This document shows positions 25,386-35,585 of a DNA stretch of 60,570 bases, piece by piece. The notes under the pieces were generated by a model. That model saw only the letters and a list, made by a program, of their open reading frames with translations. It made no database searches and was not told the DNA's origin. Source of the stretch: a virus (taxonomy: Duplodnaviria; Caudoviricetes); IMG/VR virus record IMGVR_UViG_3300005613_000070, positions 1 through 60,570 of that record; one strand, 5' to 3'. The first letter of the stretch is position 1. The number at the start of each line of letters is the position of its first letter. A program made the position numbers and the translations under genes.

Positions 25386-25915
25386 TATACTCCTATAATT
25401 TTTCCAACATTAGCTTTCAAAATTGCATCAACTTTTGCCATATTTCCAGCATCAACACCCAGAATTTTTCCGGCAGACCAACCACTACCTTCTCCATATA
25501 AAGACACAGCATCACCAGCATTAAGAACGAATGCTGCACCTACACATGGAATGTTATCTCCAGCTCTGGTCCAAATATCATCAAAACCTGCGTTGTCATA
25601 TTCAATAGTTCCTCCTGTAAAGTAGATACCAAGATATTCACCAGCATTGATATCAAAAGCTACGAAGTCACCAGGAGCATTATATTCATTTTTCCCAATA
25701 GCTGCATTTGCAAGGGAAACAGAGGCATTAGTTGTAAGATTATTTCCTGCAGCAGAAAAAGAAGCAACTTCTATTCCAGTCATTAAAGTAACAGCATAAA
25801 TACATATGTAATTTATTTTACCTGTTTCATTGGCAGGATTCCCCTTATTAACTACAGTTTGGGAGCCCAGAAATGTTACTCTGTCAGAGCACGCAGGACC
25901 AACATCTATAGCCAT
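25385..25915 (-). CDS. virion/tail structural protein
   Basis: Gly/Ala-rich beta protein in the tail module. Confidence 0.6.
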   Translation of the reverse strand: MAIDVGPACSDRVTFLGSQTVVNKGNPANETGKINYICIYAVTLMTGIEVASFSAAGNNLTTNASVSLANAAIGKNEYNAPGDFVAFDINAGEYLGIYFTGGTIEYDNAGFDDIWTRAGDNIPCVGAAFVLNAGDAVSLYGEGSGWSAGKILGVDAGNMAKVDAILKANVGKIIGV

Positions 25916-26679
25916 TATGCTATCTCCACATATGTCGCACTTGGATTAAAATACACAATAGTAGCTGTCATAGCCCATCCAACAATTCTAACAACATCAC
26001 CTGCACCAGCAGGTTGTGTATCAGTAGGATTTCCTGGTGTGCAAGAGACATACAATTCATCAGCAACTGTCCATGTCCAGCTGTCATCTCGAATAAATCC
26101 CATCAATAAAAGCACGCCATCAGCATCTGCAAGAATTGTATCTGTAGCCATAACTATTGCACCTTTGGTAGTGGCCTCAGCATCAGCGTCAGCCTGCCAC
26201 CATTTTCCATCATTTTTCAGATAGAGAACATCTCCAATAGCTACATCTTCACCAACAGTATCATTAATTATGATGCCATTGAAGGTGTGATCACTTGTCG
26301 GGGCCTCATTAAATAGTGCAGCTTTTTCATTTAAATCCAGATTTCCTCCAAGTTGGGGAGTGTCATCATCAACCAGATCTTGCAAATACCGAGCATCATT
26401 GTAATCTCTATCTCCAACTCCTCTTCCATCTGTAGGATCGGCAGGTACAATTCCATTGAGAATCCATCTTTTGTTTCCAGGATTAGCATCTGGAGCAATT
26501 ATATCGGGGCTACTTTCAGCTGCACCACTGTCTGCGTCGAGAGTGTATACATAAGTATAACCCAAAGGCATTACTACTATAGCAATCTCTTTATCCACCA
26601 AAGCAGCACCATCAATAGCATCTAATGCACCTGCACCACCACCTATAAGACCATATGCTCCTCTAATTTTTATTGCCAT
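25915..26679 (-). CDS. tail fibre-related structural protein
   Basis: DTPQLGGNLDLN motif and W.QADAD domain typical of fibre/decoration proteins. Confidence 0.65.
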   Translation of the reverse strand: MAIKIRGAYGLIGGGAGALDAIDGAALVDKEIAIVVMPLGYTYVYTLDADSGAAESSPDIIAPDANPGNKRWILNGIVPADPTDGRGVGDRDYNDARYLQDLVDDDTPQLGGNLDLNEKAALFNEAPTSDHTFNGIIINDTVGEDVAIGDVLYLKNDGKWWQADADAEATTKGAIVMATDTILADADGVLLLMGFIRDDSWTWTVADELYVSCTPGNPTDTQPAGAGDVVRIVGWAMTATIVYFNPSATYVEIA

Positions 26680-27476
26680 TATACAAGCTCCTTAAAACTT
26701 ATTGTATTACCTTTTACTAACCCATAATGAGGAAGAGTGCCCTGATATACATCATCTCTCAAAGCAAGATAAGCCTTGCAATCATCTGTTCTATTCTCAT
26801 AAAGCACTATAGGCTTAGATATATCAAGAGCATTGACATTTATCCACTCAGACTCATCTGTCTCTGCTTTCTGATCCAAACTTACTTCACCTCTCCAAAT
26901 AAGGTTATCACCCAAATTCATCCTTTCAGATCCACCATGAGATAGTACAATGTCCTCAAAAGGCTTCTCAGCTGTTCGCATAAATGCATTCTTAGAAAAT
27001 TCTAATTTAGATTTTATAAGAACAATAGAACCTACTTCCCACTTAGTCTGATAGCTTCCTACAGCACTAGCTGCTGCAGGTGTCATAATAGCAAGCCATC
27101 TTAAGTTGAATCCTGTTAAGGGAATATAAATTTTATATCTTTCCACCCATCCATCTTCACTGACAACATGATCTTCACCACTATCAAACGTAGCTGCAGC
27201 CCAATTAACTCCAAGATCATTAGCATCTCCAAGAATTCGTGTCTTGTCAAAGTTAATATCATTTAGGAACACACCTACAATAGTCTGAGCAGATCCAAGA
27301 TCAAAATAGATTAAAGGATTAACCTCACTTTTAACTAAATCGTCTGCTCTGAATCTTCTCTTTAAATGAAGATGATCTACGACATTGACCTTTAGATAAG
27401 GAGCTGTTTCTGATCTTGCTGTTATATCAGCATTTACCAAAGTAGGAAAATCATTACTGATAATAACATTTGCCAT
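26679..27476 (-). CDS. distal tail-like protein
   Basis: Directly follows tape measure; ends ISFKELV. Confidence 0.6.
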   Translation of the reverse strand: MANVIISNDFPTLVNADITARSETAPYLKVNVVDHLHLKRRFRADDLVKSEVNPLIYFDLGSAQTIVGVFLNDINFDKTRILGDANDLGVNWAAATFDSGEDHVVSEDGWVERYKIYIPLTGFNLRWLAIMTPAAASAVGSYQTKWEVGSIVLIKSKLEFSKNAFMRTAEKPFEDIVLSHGGSERMNLGDNLIWRGEVSLDQKAETDESEWINVNALDISKPIVLYENRTDDCKAYLALRDDVYQGTLPHYGLVKGNTISFKELV

Positions 27477-30400
27477 TACCTACCTCCTGCTGTACGTTGC
27501 GTCCATGTTCTAAAGATTGCATCATTCATCAAAAAACTTCTTGTTTGTTTTACTACTTCTCTCCCAGTCCTTTCAGGATCTTTACCACTAATATAATTAT
27601 TCTGCGTAAATTGCATTCCACTTCCACCAGTAAGAGCTACTGGAACTGCACCTCCTTGAAGTGGTATAATAGCTTCTGGAATCTCACCAACACGAGCTAC
27701 CTGAGGAAAACTTGCAATGCCACCATGTTGATAAGACCATCCACCAGCAGCAATAGCTGCATACATAAGAGCAAGCCAATTCTCTATTTCTTCAAGCATT
27801 GTTAGTTGCTGTTCACCAATGTCCCACTGCTCCAAAGCATAGTCAGCCATGTAATCTTGCATGCGAGTAAGTTCATCTAACGTCTGTTGAAAAACCTGTT
27901 GATATTCAACTGAGGGTCTTTGGTATACTTCTGTAGCTAGATCAAGATACTGTCCCCATAATTCTTGGAGTCTCTCTATTACTCCTGTCCTTTCTCCTAT
28001 GCTGGAAAGAGAATCAAGAAATTCCTCAATAGGTATGCCACCTGTTATTGACGCAATTTCTGCTTCTACTATAGCCATACGTTCTCTGGCAGTTTGAGGA
28101 CTTGTTATAGTAGTTCGCATCTGAAAGATTTGTTCCGTTATAGACTCAAAAACTTTACCCCATGATTTTACAGCATCCTCAAACGCCTTTAAACTATCTG
28201 CTAATTGCTTTTGCCATGCACTTTGTTGTTCACGTATCCTTGCTAATCTTGCTGCATCTTGAGCATCATAAGCAGCCTGTTCTTGTTGAGCAAGTAAAGC
28301 TGCAAGTTGCAAATCTCTAAGCACTATTGCTTGTTCAATAAGATGATTGAGGCTTGAATCTGTAGTAGCTGCCCATGCTGCAATCTGAGCCAACATACTT
28401 TGGAATTCCATTTCAACCTGCAAGATTTGATATTCGATAGGCTCCATCGTAAGTTGGTTGATTTGATCTTGCAAATTAGTCCCAAAATCCTCTATTGCTG
28501 TTGCAGTCATTGCCGCTGCAGCTTCTCGTGCAGCTTCTATTTGTAATTCATAGGCTTCATTCAACAACTCAAGACCAAATCCTAATTCCTCTGCCATCAA
28601 CTTCTGTTCTTCATACCAAATATCAAGTTGTCGGATCTGATATTCAAGATCGGTCAAAGTATGCTTTGCTATAATATCCTCAAGAGGTTCCGTAAATTCC
28701 TTCCAAGCAAGAGCTACTTGAGCAGCCATAGATACAAAGTCTGCCAACTCTGTTGCACCCATTGAAGCAATGTCAACTTCACCAAAATCATAATATTCAC
28801 TAACTGATGCCAACAAGCTTTCTGCAGCCTGCCTTAAAAGAGGCATCATAGCTTCCTGCATTCGCTGAGTAGAAGATGTCATTATAGCCTGAATGTCTGC
28901 CTCAACATGACTTTCTCTTACAACCCAACCTGCGCCTCCTAAAGAAAACTCAATAGCTTCAATTTGCTCGATCATGTCTGCTTGCATCTGGCCAGGCAAC
29001 AACGCAGCCACAGCCATAAACTGAGCTTCCATTGATTGGCTTAATTCGGTGAGAGCAGCATTTATATTTGCTACAAGATCACCACCTCCGCCTCTCTGAG
29101 CAGATGCTATAAGACTGATATCCTCTCCAAGTCCGAAGGTTTCCGGGAAACCAAATATTTCTTTCCAATCCTTATGTCTGTCTCCAAATAGGCTTCCAAA
29201 AAGACCTCCCCCAAGAGCACCTATAGCTGTACCCCATGGGCCAAATATTGAACCTGCAGCTGCACCTGCACCTGCTCCATAACCACTATATTTACTCTGT
29301 GGTAAACCAAGCATTTCACCAATCGTGCCATAACCAACAGCTCCAAGAAAAGCAGATCCAGCTAATTTTCCCCATGTTATACCCTGCTTACCAAGCCAAG
29401 ATGTTGGAGAAGTTTCAAACATGTCAGTAATAACACTAAGACCAGGAATGTCAGATACTTTACCAGCTGCACCTCCAAACATACCTCCAGTTATACTCTG
29501 CACAATGGGAACTATAATAGGCTCTGCAATCGCCTGTGCAGCCATTTCGGCTAACATGCGGAAGAAGTAATCCTTCATTTGATCAAGGAGGTCATCCCAA
29601 CCTTCTATTGTACCAGAGAAAATATCATAGAATACATCAGCAGTTTCATTCTGAATATTATCCAGCATTTGTTCATAGGATCTTTGTATTTCCTTTTCTG
29701 CTTCGGTCAGTACACCTGTCGGTATCCACTCTTCCCAATCAAATGGAGGAGCATATTCAATAGCGGCCAGCTCTTTTGCCAGTGCAACATAAGCCTCCAT
29801 AGTATGAACTTCTACCGATTCAGGTATCAGCTCTTCCCAGTCAAAGGGAGCAGCATACTCGATTGCAGCTAATTCCTTTGCTACTTTAATAAACTTATCT
29901 GTCTCTTTCTTTCTGATCTTTTCTAACTTGTCAGCATACCATGCCTCCAGTACCAGCTTGTCCTTAGCAACTTTCTTATACTGTTCATACTGTCTATTAA
30001 GTTCTTCCTCTGCAAATGCTGTACTTTGTTCTCGATACTTCTTTTCTATACCTGCCCATTCCTTTTCGAGTTTCTCTCTCTTAGCAGCGTCATCTTTGCC
30101 TTCCTTCACTCTTAGATCAGCAACTAGTTTCAAAGCTCTTTCTATGCTTTCCTTCAGCAATTTCTCTTGTGCCTTCAATCCTTCTGCAAATTTTTTCTTA
30201 TTCTTTTCACTACCAGCGTCATAAATGAGCATTACAGTATTTTCAAGTTCATCATATATATCTAATAATCTCTCATAAGAAGCCTCTGAGGGTTTTAGTA
30301 TATTCTTATATCCCACAGAAATGACATCAATCAGAGCTTTGATTGTAGCCATGCCTATCGACATGATCTTGACCATATTTGTAATAGGCTTCATATTGAA

Positions 30401-31474
30401 AGTAAGGGCAGACCATATAACGACAAGATCCCTTCCAAGATCAACTACGTCAGTAAGTACTGTTTTTACAATTTCCCACGTAGCATGAAATCCATATGCT
30501 AAGGCAATGCCTCTCTCTGTTAGACCATTCTCATCCAGCATCTCATTTGAAATGCCTTTCATATATCCAAGAATATCCTCGTACATCATAGCAAGGCCAG
30601 CACGCTGCATCATATTCAGAATAGATTCCAGTGTAGCTTTCCACGCCATCTGCGTTTCCATAATTTCTCTGGAAGCATCACCAACAGCATCTAAATGTCC
30701 TGCTTGCATACTGAAAAAAAGTGCTGTCTTTTCAGAAATAGTTGAGGCTTTCTGTATCTGTTCAACAGTGTCTTTATAAGTCGGAAGTATTTGACTAGCC
30801 TCACGTGCAAGGGCTGCTTGTGCTCTCAGTTGCCCCTCTACATATGCTTTAATCTCAGTCATAATCTGACGTTGAGCGTCCATAGTAGGCGTCAACATTA
30901 GAATTCTGTCGACGAGACGTGCAACCATCTCAAGTTCTGGTTCAGTGACGGGAACAATTTTCAAAGCAACTAACTTTGTCCATGCATCACGCAGCTGCTG
31001 TGCATTAGAGAGATGTGCTCTAGCAATAACTTCTAAATTACGAAAGACTTTTTTACCAAAAGCAAGATAATCTTCAAAGCTCTGTGTTGAAGGTACCTCG
31101 GTTAACATCTGGAGTGAGGATGCAGCAGTAATTGCAGCTATTCTATATTCATCTATAGCTGTCATACCTTCTATAAATGTCTGCGTAAGTCGTTTGAGTC
31201 CTTCCTCAAAAAGGTTCATAGCACGGTATGCAATAGTAAATCCAACAGCTACTCTTCCAAATGTTTTCCACCATCCCTTCTCAACATCTGCTCCATATCT
31301 GAGAGTTTTGTCTGCAAATTCTCCAAAGGATCGAGTCATTCTTCCTGTCTGCTGTTGTGTAGTCGCAGCCATATTATTCATCTGGCGTCTCGTAAAGGAA
31401 GAAACTCCTTTCATATCCTTCTTAAATTGTGAAGAATCTAATCTTAAAAAAGCTAATATACTTCCAGCTTGCAT
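27476..31474 (-). CDS. tape measure protein
   Basis: 1332 aa, helical, Ala/Gln-rich, Gly-rich membrane segment; N-terminal LRLDSSQFKK. Confidence 0.9.
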   Translation of the reverse strand: MQAGSILAFLRLDSSQFKKDMKGVSSFTRRQMNNMAATTQQQTGRMTRSFGEFADKTLRYGADVEKGWWKTFGRVAVGFTIAYRAMNLFEEGLKRLTQTFIEGMTAIDEYRIAAITAASSLQMLTEVPSTQSFEDYLAFGKKVFRNLEVIARAHLSNAQQLRDAWTKLVALKIVPVTEPELEMVARLVDRILMLTPTMDAQRQIMTEIKAYVEGQLRAQAALAREASQILPTYKDTVEQIQKASTISEKTALFFSMQAGHLDAVGDASREIMETQMAWKATLESILNMMQRAGLAMMYEDILGYMKGISNEMLDENGLTERGIALAYGFHATWEIVKTVLTDVVDLGRDLVVIWSALTFNMKPITNMVKIMSIGMATIKALIDVISVGYKNILKPSEASYERLLDIYDELENTVMLIYDAGSEKNKKKFAEGLKAQEKLLKESIERALKLVADLRVKEGKDDAAKREKLEKEWAGIEKKYREQSTAFAEEELNRQYEQYKKVAKDKLVLEAWYADKLEKIRKKETDKFIKVAKELAAIEYAAPFDWEELIPESVEVHTMEAYVALAKELAAIEYAPPFDWEEWIPTGVLTEAEKEIQRSYEQMLDNIQNETADVFYDIFSGTIEGWDDLLDQMKDYFFRMLAEMAAQAIAEPIIVPIVQSITGGMFGGAAGKVSDIPGLSVITDMFETSPTSWLGKQGITWGKLAGSAFLGAVGYGTIGEMLGLPQSKYSGYGAGAGAAAGSIFGPWGTAIGALGGGLFGSLFGDRHKDWKEIFGFPETFGLGEDISLIASAQRGGGGDLVANINAALTELSQSMEAQFMAVAALLPGQMQADMIEQIEAIEFSLGGAGWVVRESHVEADIQAIMTSSTQRMQEAMMPLLRQAAESLLASVSEYYDFGEVDIASMGATELADFVSMAAQVALAWKEFTEPLEDIIAKHTLTDLEYQIRQLDIWYEEQKLMAEELGFGLELLNEAYELQIEAAREAAAAMTATAIEDFGTNLQDQINQLTMEPIEYQILQVEMEFQSMLAQIAAWAATTDSSLNHLIEQAIVLRDLQLAALLAQQEQAAYDAQDAARLARIREQQSAWQKQLADSLKAFEDAVKSWGKVFESITEQIFQMRTTITSPQTARERMAIVEAEIASITGGIPIEEFLDSLSSIGERTGVIERLQELWGQYLDLATEVYQRPSVEYQQVFQQTLDELTRMQDYMADYALEQWDIGEQQLTMLEEIENWLALMYAAIAAGGWSYQHGGIASFPQVARVGEIPEAIIPLQGGAVPVALTGGSGMQFTQNNYISGKDPERTGREVVKQTRSFLMNDAIFRTWTQRTAGGR

Positions 31475-31794
31475 TATTTAATCCTCTTTTGACGAAGCTT
31501 TCCTCTCATAGCACGAAGCCTTTTCCATGCACTATTAATTTCTTCCTTATCACTTTCTGTTTCTCGACCTAAAAGTTTATTGTAGCGATCCTGTAGCCTT
31601 CTCCTATCAACCTTGGACATATGTGGAGTCGAAATAACTTCAAAGTTATACATCTGCTGTCTTGCTTCTAACTTTGTAATCTGATCTAAGTAAAAGAAAA
31701 ACTGCTGTGCAGTAAGACTAAGTATCTGCGGATGTGTCCACTTATAAGTTGACGCAAGGAGAGCAAAGCAGTCCGCTACATTTAGGGGTTTCCC
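31474..31794 (-). CDS. tail assembly chaperone extension (gpT-like), reached by -1 frameshift
   Basis: -1 frame open from the slippery site (GKPLNVADCFALL...KRIK*); its TAA overlaps the tape measure ATG. Confidence 0.85.
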   Translation of the reverse strand, partial: GKPLNVADCFALLASTYKWTHPQILSLTAQQFFFYLDQITKLEARQQMYNFEVISTPHMSKVDRRRLQDRYNKLLGRETESDKEEINSAWKRLRAMRGKLRQKRIK

Positions 31795-32090
31795 TTGGTG
31801 GATTTCCTTATTGCTTCATTTTCCTCAGCTCCAGTAACCCATCTACGGATCTCGTTGAGAGCCATACCTGCGGCTCTCAACCCAACATCCTTCAATACTT
31901 TCTTATCTACTCCTAACATTTTGGCTAACTGTCCATGAAGTATATCACGATCCTTCTCAGGGTCTACATCCATAGCAGACATAAAGACTTCCATAGGAAT
32001 ATCATGAACAACATATTCCTTATCTCCTAAAGTAAGGACAAGTTCACTCTGAGACAGTAACGTATCTATATTAACTTTCTTGGTCATCAT
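31782..32090 (-). CDS. tail assembly chaperone (gpG-like)
   Basis: Between tail tube and tape measure; AGGAGG RBS before MMTKK. Confidence 0.8.
   Translation of the reverse strand: MMTKKVNIDTLLSQSELVLTLGDKEYVVHDIPMEVFMSAMDVDPEKDRDILHGQLAKMLGVDKKVLKDVGLRAAGMALNEIRRWVTGAEENEAIRKSTKGNP
31788..31794 (-). other. programmed -1 ribosomal frameshift site G GGA AAC
   Basis: XXXYYYZ heptamer in frame, one codon before the chaperone stop. Confidence 0.85.
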
Positions 32091-32103
32091 GACCTCCTTT
32101 CTA

Positions 32104-32616
32104 TTATGATGCAGCCTCATCTCCTATATAGTAAAGAATTTCACTATCATCAGGAAAGGCTGTAAATACCACCTCTATAATCCTTTGGCCATCCTTGCTA
32201 AAGCTGATTTCAAAGTTGCCTTGTGGAGCTGCTTCTGGAAATCTAATCCAATCTTCTTCATCAGAAGAGGCAGAACCATCGACATACTTCTTTAACAGCA
32301 AACTCTGAGCCTTAGTAGATAATTTAGTTCCTACAATGTTCTCACCTTCAATGAGAGCACCTCCTATTACATCTTGATTAAGAGCAAGAGCCAAATTCTC
32401 AAGAGTATATTCTGCCAATGGAACCGTAATGAGAGCACCCTGACCAGTAACAACCTGATCCTCAGGTGTAGTTCCACGCTGATCTGTCGCAAGGTCGGCA
32501 ACGTCAGTACTGAATGCAACTCTGACACCACCCTCCGTCCTTCCGAGATCTGCTTCGGCTCCAGCGGTTCCAAACAATACTTGGCATGGGCCTAAGTCAA
32601 GATCTGAAATAGCCAT
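32104..32616 (-). CDS. major tail tube protein
   Basis: LGPCQV..G..DLGRTEGGV...VPLAE motif. Confidence 0.8.
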   Translation of the reverse strand: MAISDLDLGPCQVLFGTAGAEADLGRTEGGVRVAFSTDVADLATDQRGTTPEDQVVTGQGALITVPLAEYTLENLALALNQDVIGGALIEGENIVGTKLSTKAQSLLLKKYVDGSASSDEEDWIRFPEAAPQGNFEISFSKDGQRIIEVVFTAFPDDSEILYYIGDEAAS

Positions 32617-32619
32617 AAT

Positions 32620-32994
32620 TTAACTCCTTTTTCTAATTATAAGATTCATACTAAAGATATAACGTCCACGTTCATCTCTGTCTACTGGAAAAGGGGCATT
32701 GAGAACTTCACTATAAAAGACATCTCCTAAACTTCCAAATCCAGGTTTATTTGCGAGAAGATTAAAGACCTCTAAAGCACGAGTTTCTGTAGTAATAAAA
32801 GCAGTGTCCTTTACAAGAATCTGAACAGCCTGCATATCTATTCCTGATTCATTTCTAAATGATCCAGGTGAGCTAGATACTGTAACGCAGGCATCTGGTG
32901 AATCATCTAATTCATCAGCAAGAAACAAATCCGTGTCTACTACTAAAGTAGTTTGGGATGCAATATAGTCTACCAAGTCTAATATAAAACTCAT
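32620..32994 (-). CDS. tail terminator-like protein
   Basis: VQILV and DERGRYIFSMN motifs; position. Confidence 0.7.
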   Translation of the reverse strand: MSFILDLVDYIASQTTLVVDTDLFLADELDDSPDACVTVSSSPGSFRNESGIDMQAVQILVKDTAFITTETRALEVFNLLANKPGFGSLGDVFYSEVLNAPFPVDRDERGRYIFSMNLIIRKRS

Positions 32995-33458
32995 TATAAA
33001 GCCTTTATCTTCCTTGCTATAAGGTTAAAATACTTTTCTCCATAGCGTGTCAACTTCGCCTGTACCCACTTCTTTCCCGATCCAGGCCAGCGAAATTTGT
33101 ATGAAGTACCCCAACGACTAACACCTTCATGGACTGACGCAGCATAAGGTTTGTTTACTATTAAGGCACCTTCAAGTTCTTCACTAACTTTAGGAAACAC
33201 CATCAATGGTGTAGATCCTGTGCCACCTGAATGAGATTCACCTGCAGATGTACTTACTAACTTACCATCAACAAATACAGACTCACTTGCTGCAAGACTT
33301 CCACTCCTTCGAGGAACCATAGGTGGCTTATGCAGAGTATCATCCATAAACTCAAGTACAGCTCTCCTCATGCCTTCCTTCGATGCCGCCTCAATCTTCT
33401 TTTGGGCAATAATCAATCCAATTTTAAGATCTTTAAAGTTGGTTACGAGCTTAATCAA
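32994..33458 (-). CDS. neck protein (HK97 gp10-like)
   Basis: VPRRSGSLAAS, PYAASVHEG, G.KW motifs. Confidence 0.7.
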   Translation of the reverse strand: MIKLVTNFKDLKIGLIIAQKKIEAASKEGMRRAVLEFMDDTLHKPPMVPRRSGSLAASESVFVDGKLVSTSAGESHSGGTGSTPLMVFPKVSEELEGALIVNKPYAASVHEGVSRWGTSYKFRWPGSGKKWVQAKLTRYGEKYFNLIARKIKAL

Positions 33459-33756
33459 GGTACACTTCCAAATGATTTGGTGTTTTTCCTAAGAACCGTG
33501 GATGATCAATTCGATAGACAGGCATCTTCACACCATCCACGATAACCTTATCCTGTTTCGTTATGTTAGCATCAGGTAACATAAACACCAGCGTCTTAGT
33601 TTCTAGATGAACACCACTTACATCCCTTGCAACGAGTGTCCGCTCAGTTATATATGCCTCTATATCCGGCACTTCGGTCTCAGTTATCTCACCACGAGAA
33701 TGTGTAACCTTTACAATCGTTACAGTATGTCTTAAAAATTTTTTAATCGTGATCAT
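33451..33756 (-). CDS. head closure protein
   Basis: HTVTI...DKVIVDG...HLEVYL; position. Confidence 0.7.
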   Translation of the reverse strand: MITIKKFLRHTVTIVKVTHSRGEITETEVPDIEAYITERTLVARDVSGVHLETKTLVFMLPDANITKQDKVIVDGVKMPVYRIDHPRFLGKTPNHLEVYLD

Positions 33757-34138
33757 GTAAGCCCACTTTGAACTTCGGTTTGACTAATGTAGTGTCATCC
33801 TCAGTAGCTTCTTTGAATTCTTTTAAAACTGAACCTGCCCAAGGATGACTTGAAGAACTCATTACTTCGTAGCGCTCTGCCATCATCTTATATCGATCAT
33901 AAAGAACTGATAGTTTCTCTGTAAGTAAAGATAACTTATAGTCAACTCGCTTTGCCAACTTCGAGCAGATCAAGCGGCAACACATCGATACTCTCTTGAG
34001 AAACGATGTGCTATCCGCTTGAACAAGCTCAATTTCCTCATCTTCAAGAAGAGGATCAGTACTATCCGTATCTCCGATGTAGAGACGGATCTTATTCAAC
34101 TCATCACTAAGCTTTGTGACATCATAACTAAACGTCAT
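33743..34138 (-). CDS. head-tail adaptor
   Basis: IRLYIGDTD...LLEDEEI motif. Confidence 0.75.
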   Translation of the reverse strand: MTFSYDVTKLSDELNKIRLYIGDTDSTDPLLEDEEIELVQADSTSFLKRVSMCCRLICSKLAKRVDYKLSLLTEKLSVLYDRYKMMAERYEVMSSSSHPWAGSVLKEFKEATEDDTTLVKPKFKVGLHDHD

Positions 34139-34156
34139 CTTAATCCCCTTCCATTC

Positions 34157-34179
34157 GTATTTTCACCGGGTGAAAATAC
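34157..34179. promoter_or_regulatory. 23-bp palindromic site, copy 5 (perfect arms)
   Basis: GTATTTTCA-CCGGG-TGAAAATAC between capsid and adaptor genes. Confidence 0.8.
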
Positions 34180-34191
34180 AAGGTTTAAAAC

Positions 34192-35172
34192 TTAACCTCT
34201 GATATCCGTAATAAAGATACCACAGTCAGCGGCAACCATTTTTTGGTCTTCATGAAGACTACCCTCAACTCGTGTACCTTCTATCTCCTTAATGTACCAT
34301 TTCTTGATCGTTGTTTCCAGCCTGTCTCCAGCCTTACCACCAATACGAGGTCGATTCCATCTAAAGGTATAACCTCCAGAAGGTCTGCGCCTAGAAGGTC
34401 TTGGTGCAGCATAGACCAGCAAGGCAGAAGTTGAATCAAGAATAAACTCAAGAGTATCTTCGGTTGCATCACCTTCCTCATTGGGAGCATGCAATGCTCC
34501 TGCTACCAAGTATCTATCTATTTCAAAGAGACGTGCAAGCAGATCAGTTGTAATAGCTCCACCTATGGTATGCTTGTATCTGTCAACGACTGCAGCATTA
34601 TTCTTCACGGTCTGATGGACTCTATCAGGAAGAACAAGCACGTTAGGCTTCATTCCCGTAAGTAACTTAACAGTAGCCTTCCAGTCCTCAATGTCTACAA
34701 TAGGGTCCGAACCAGCTACATCCCAAGAAGTAAAGTCCACACCACCACCAGCTACTGTGCTAGTCCATACATCAGCAAAGTATTTGGCAGCCCAATCACG
34801 CTCTCTCCTGAGCCTTAGTTTTTCGATGACATATGCTGTCGCATCATCTTCAAGATCAAAGACATCATCCTGATTGTCAATGTCATCATCAGATATATCT
34901 GTATGAAAACCCCATCTATCACAGAAGTATTTCGCAGGATCATCTAGTTCATATCCTCCGCCAGCACTTGGAGTCAGCGGAGCTCGTTGTTTAGCTTCAT
35001 CACGAAACCAATATCCCTTCTTATAAACAGGATAATAATCTGACCGATGATTCACGTTCACAACAGGAAATACTACATCTGCGATATACTCTGAGGGATC
35101 ATTCAGATAAGCGATACCTAAATTAGACAAATAAGTATCTATATGTAAATCAGATCCAGTAGGTTGTGGCAT
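34192..35172 (-). CDS. major capsid protein
   Basis: HIDTYLSNLGIAY...IADVVFPVVNV motif; follows decoration and protease genes. Confidence 0.85.
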   Translation of the reverse strand: MPQPTGSDLHIDTYLSNLGIAYLNDPSEYIADVVFPVVNVNHRSDYYPVYKKGYWFRDEAKQRAPLTPSAGGGYELDDPAKYFCDRWGFHTDISDDDIDNQDDVFDLEDDATAYVIEKLRLRRERDWAAKYFADVWTSTVAGGGVDFTSWDVAGSDPIVDIEDWKATVKLLTGMKPNVLVLPDRVHQTVKNNAAVVDRYKHTIGGAITTDLLARLFEIDRYLVAGALHAPNEEGDATEDTLEFILDSTSALLVYAAPRPSRRRPSGGYTFRWNRPRIGGKAGDRLETTIKKWYIKEIEGTRVEGSLHEDQKMVAADCGIFITDIRG

Positions 35173-35198
35173 ATTTTAACACCTCCTTTTATTTATAT

Positions 35199-35582
35199 TT
35201 AACTAGCTGCAGGCGCATATCCGAATTCCATCATAATACTGATAACTCTATCATCAGTACCTGCCTGCAAAGCAACACCAACATACCTCTCACCTTCTAA
35301 AGCAGTAACAATATCACCATTGACGTCGGGAGTAACTTTGTCCCATACATCAATATTATCTCCACAAACTGCTTTAGAAATTCCAACTCTGCGGATTTCA
35401 GCTGTACCATACTCTGCATCAGCTTCGGGCTTGTTCTGGAGAATTCCCACAGAGTCCTCATCAGCAGCTCCTGCAATGACACAGCCGAATTCACCAGATC
35501 CTGCTACTACACGGAATTGGCTATCTTCCATGTCTTCTTTTGCATCCAAGCTAAAATCATAGATTCTCTGTTCGACTGACAT
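35199..35582 (-). CDS. capsid decoration/cement protein (DUF2190-like)
   Basis: VGILQNKP...G..VGVALQA motif. Confidence 0.75.
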   Translation of the reverse strand: MSVEQRIYDFSLDAKEDMEDSQFRVVAGSGEFGCVIAGAADEDSVGILQNKPEADAEYGTAEIRRVGISKAVCGDNIDVWDKVTPDVNGDIVTALEGERYVGVALQAGTDDRVISIMMEFGYAPAAS

Positions 35583-35585
35583 AGT

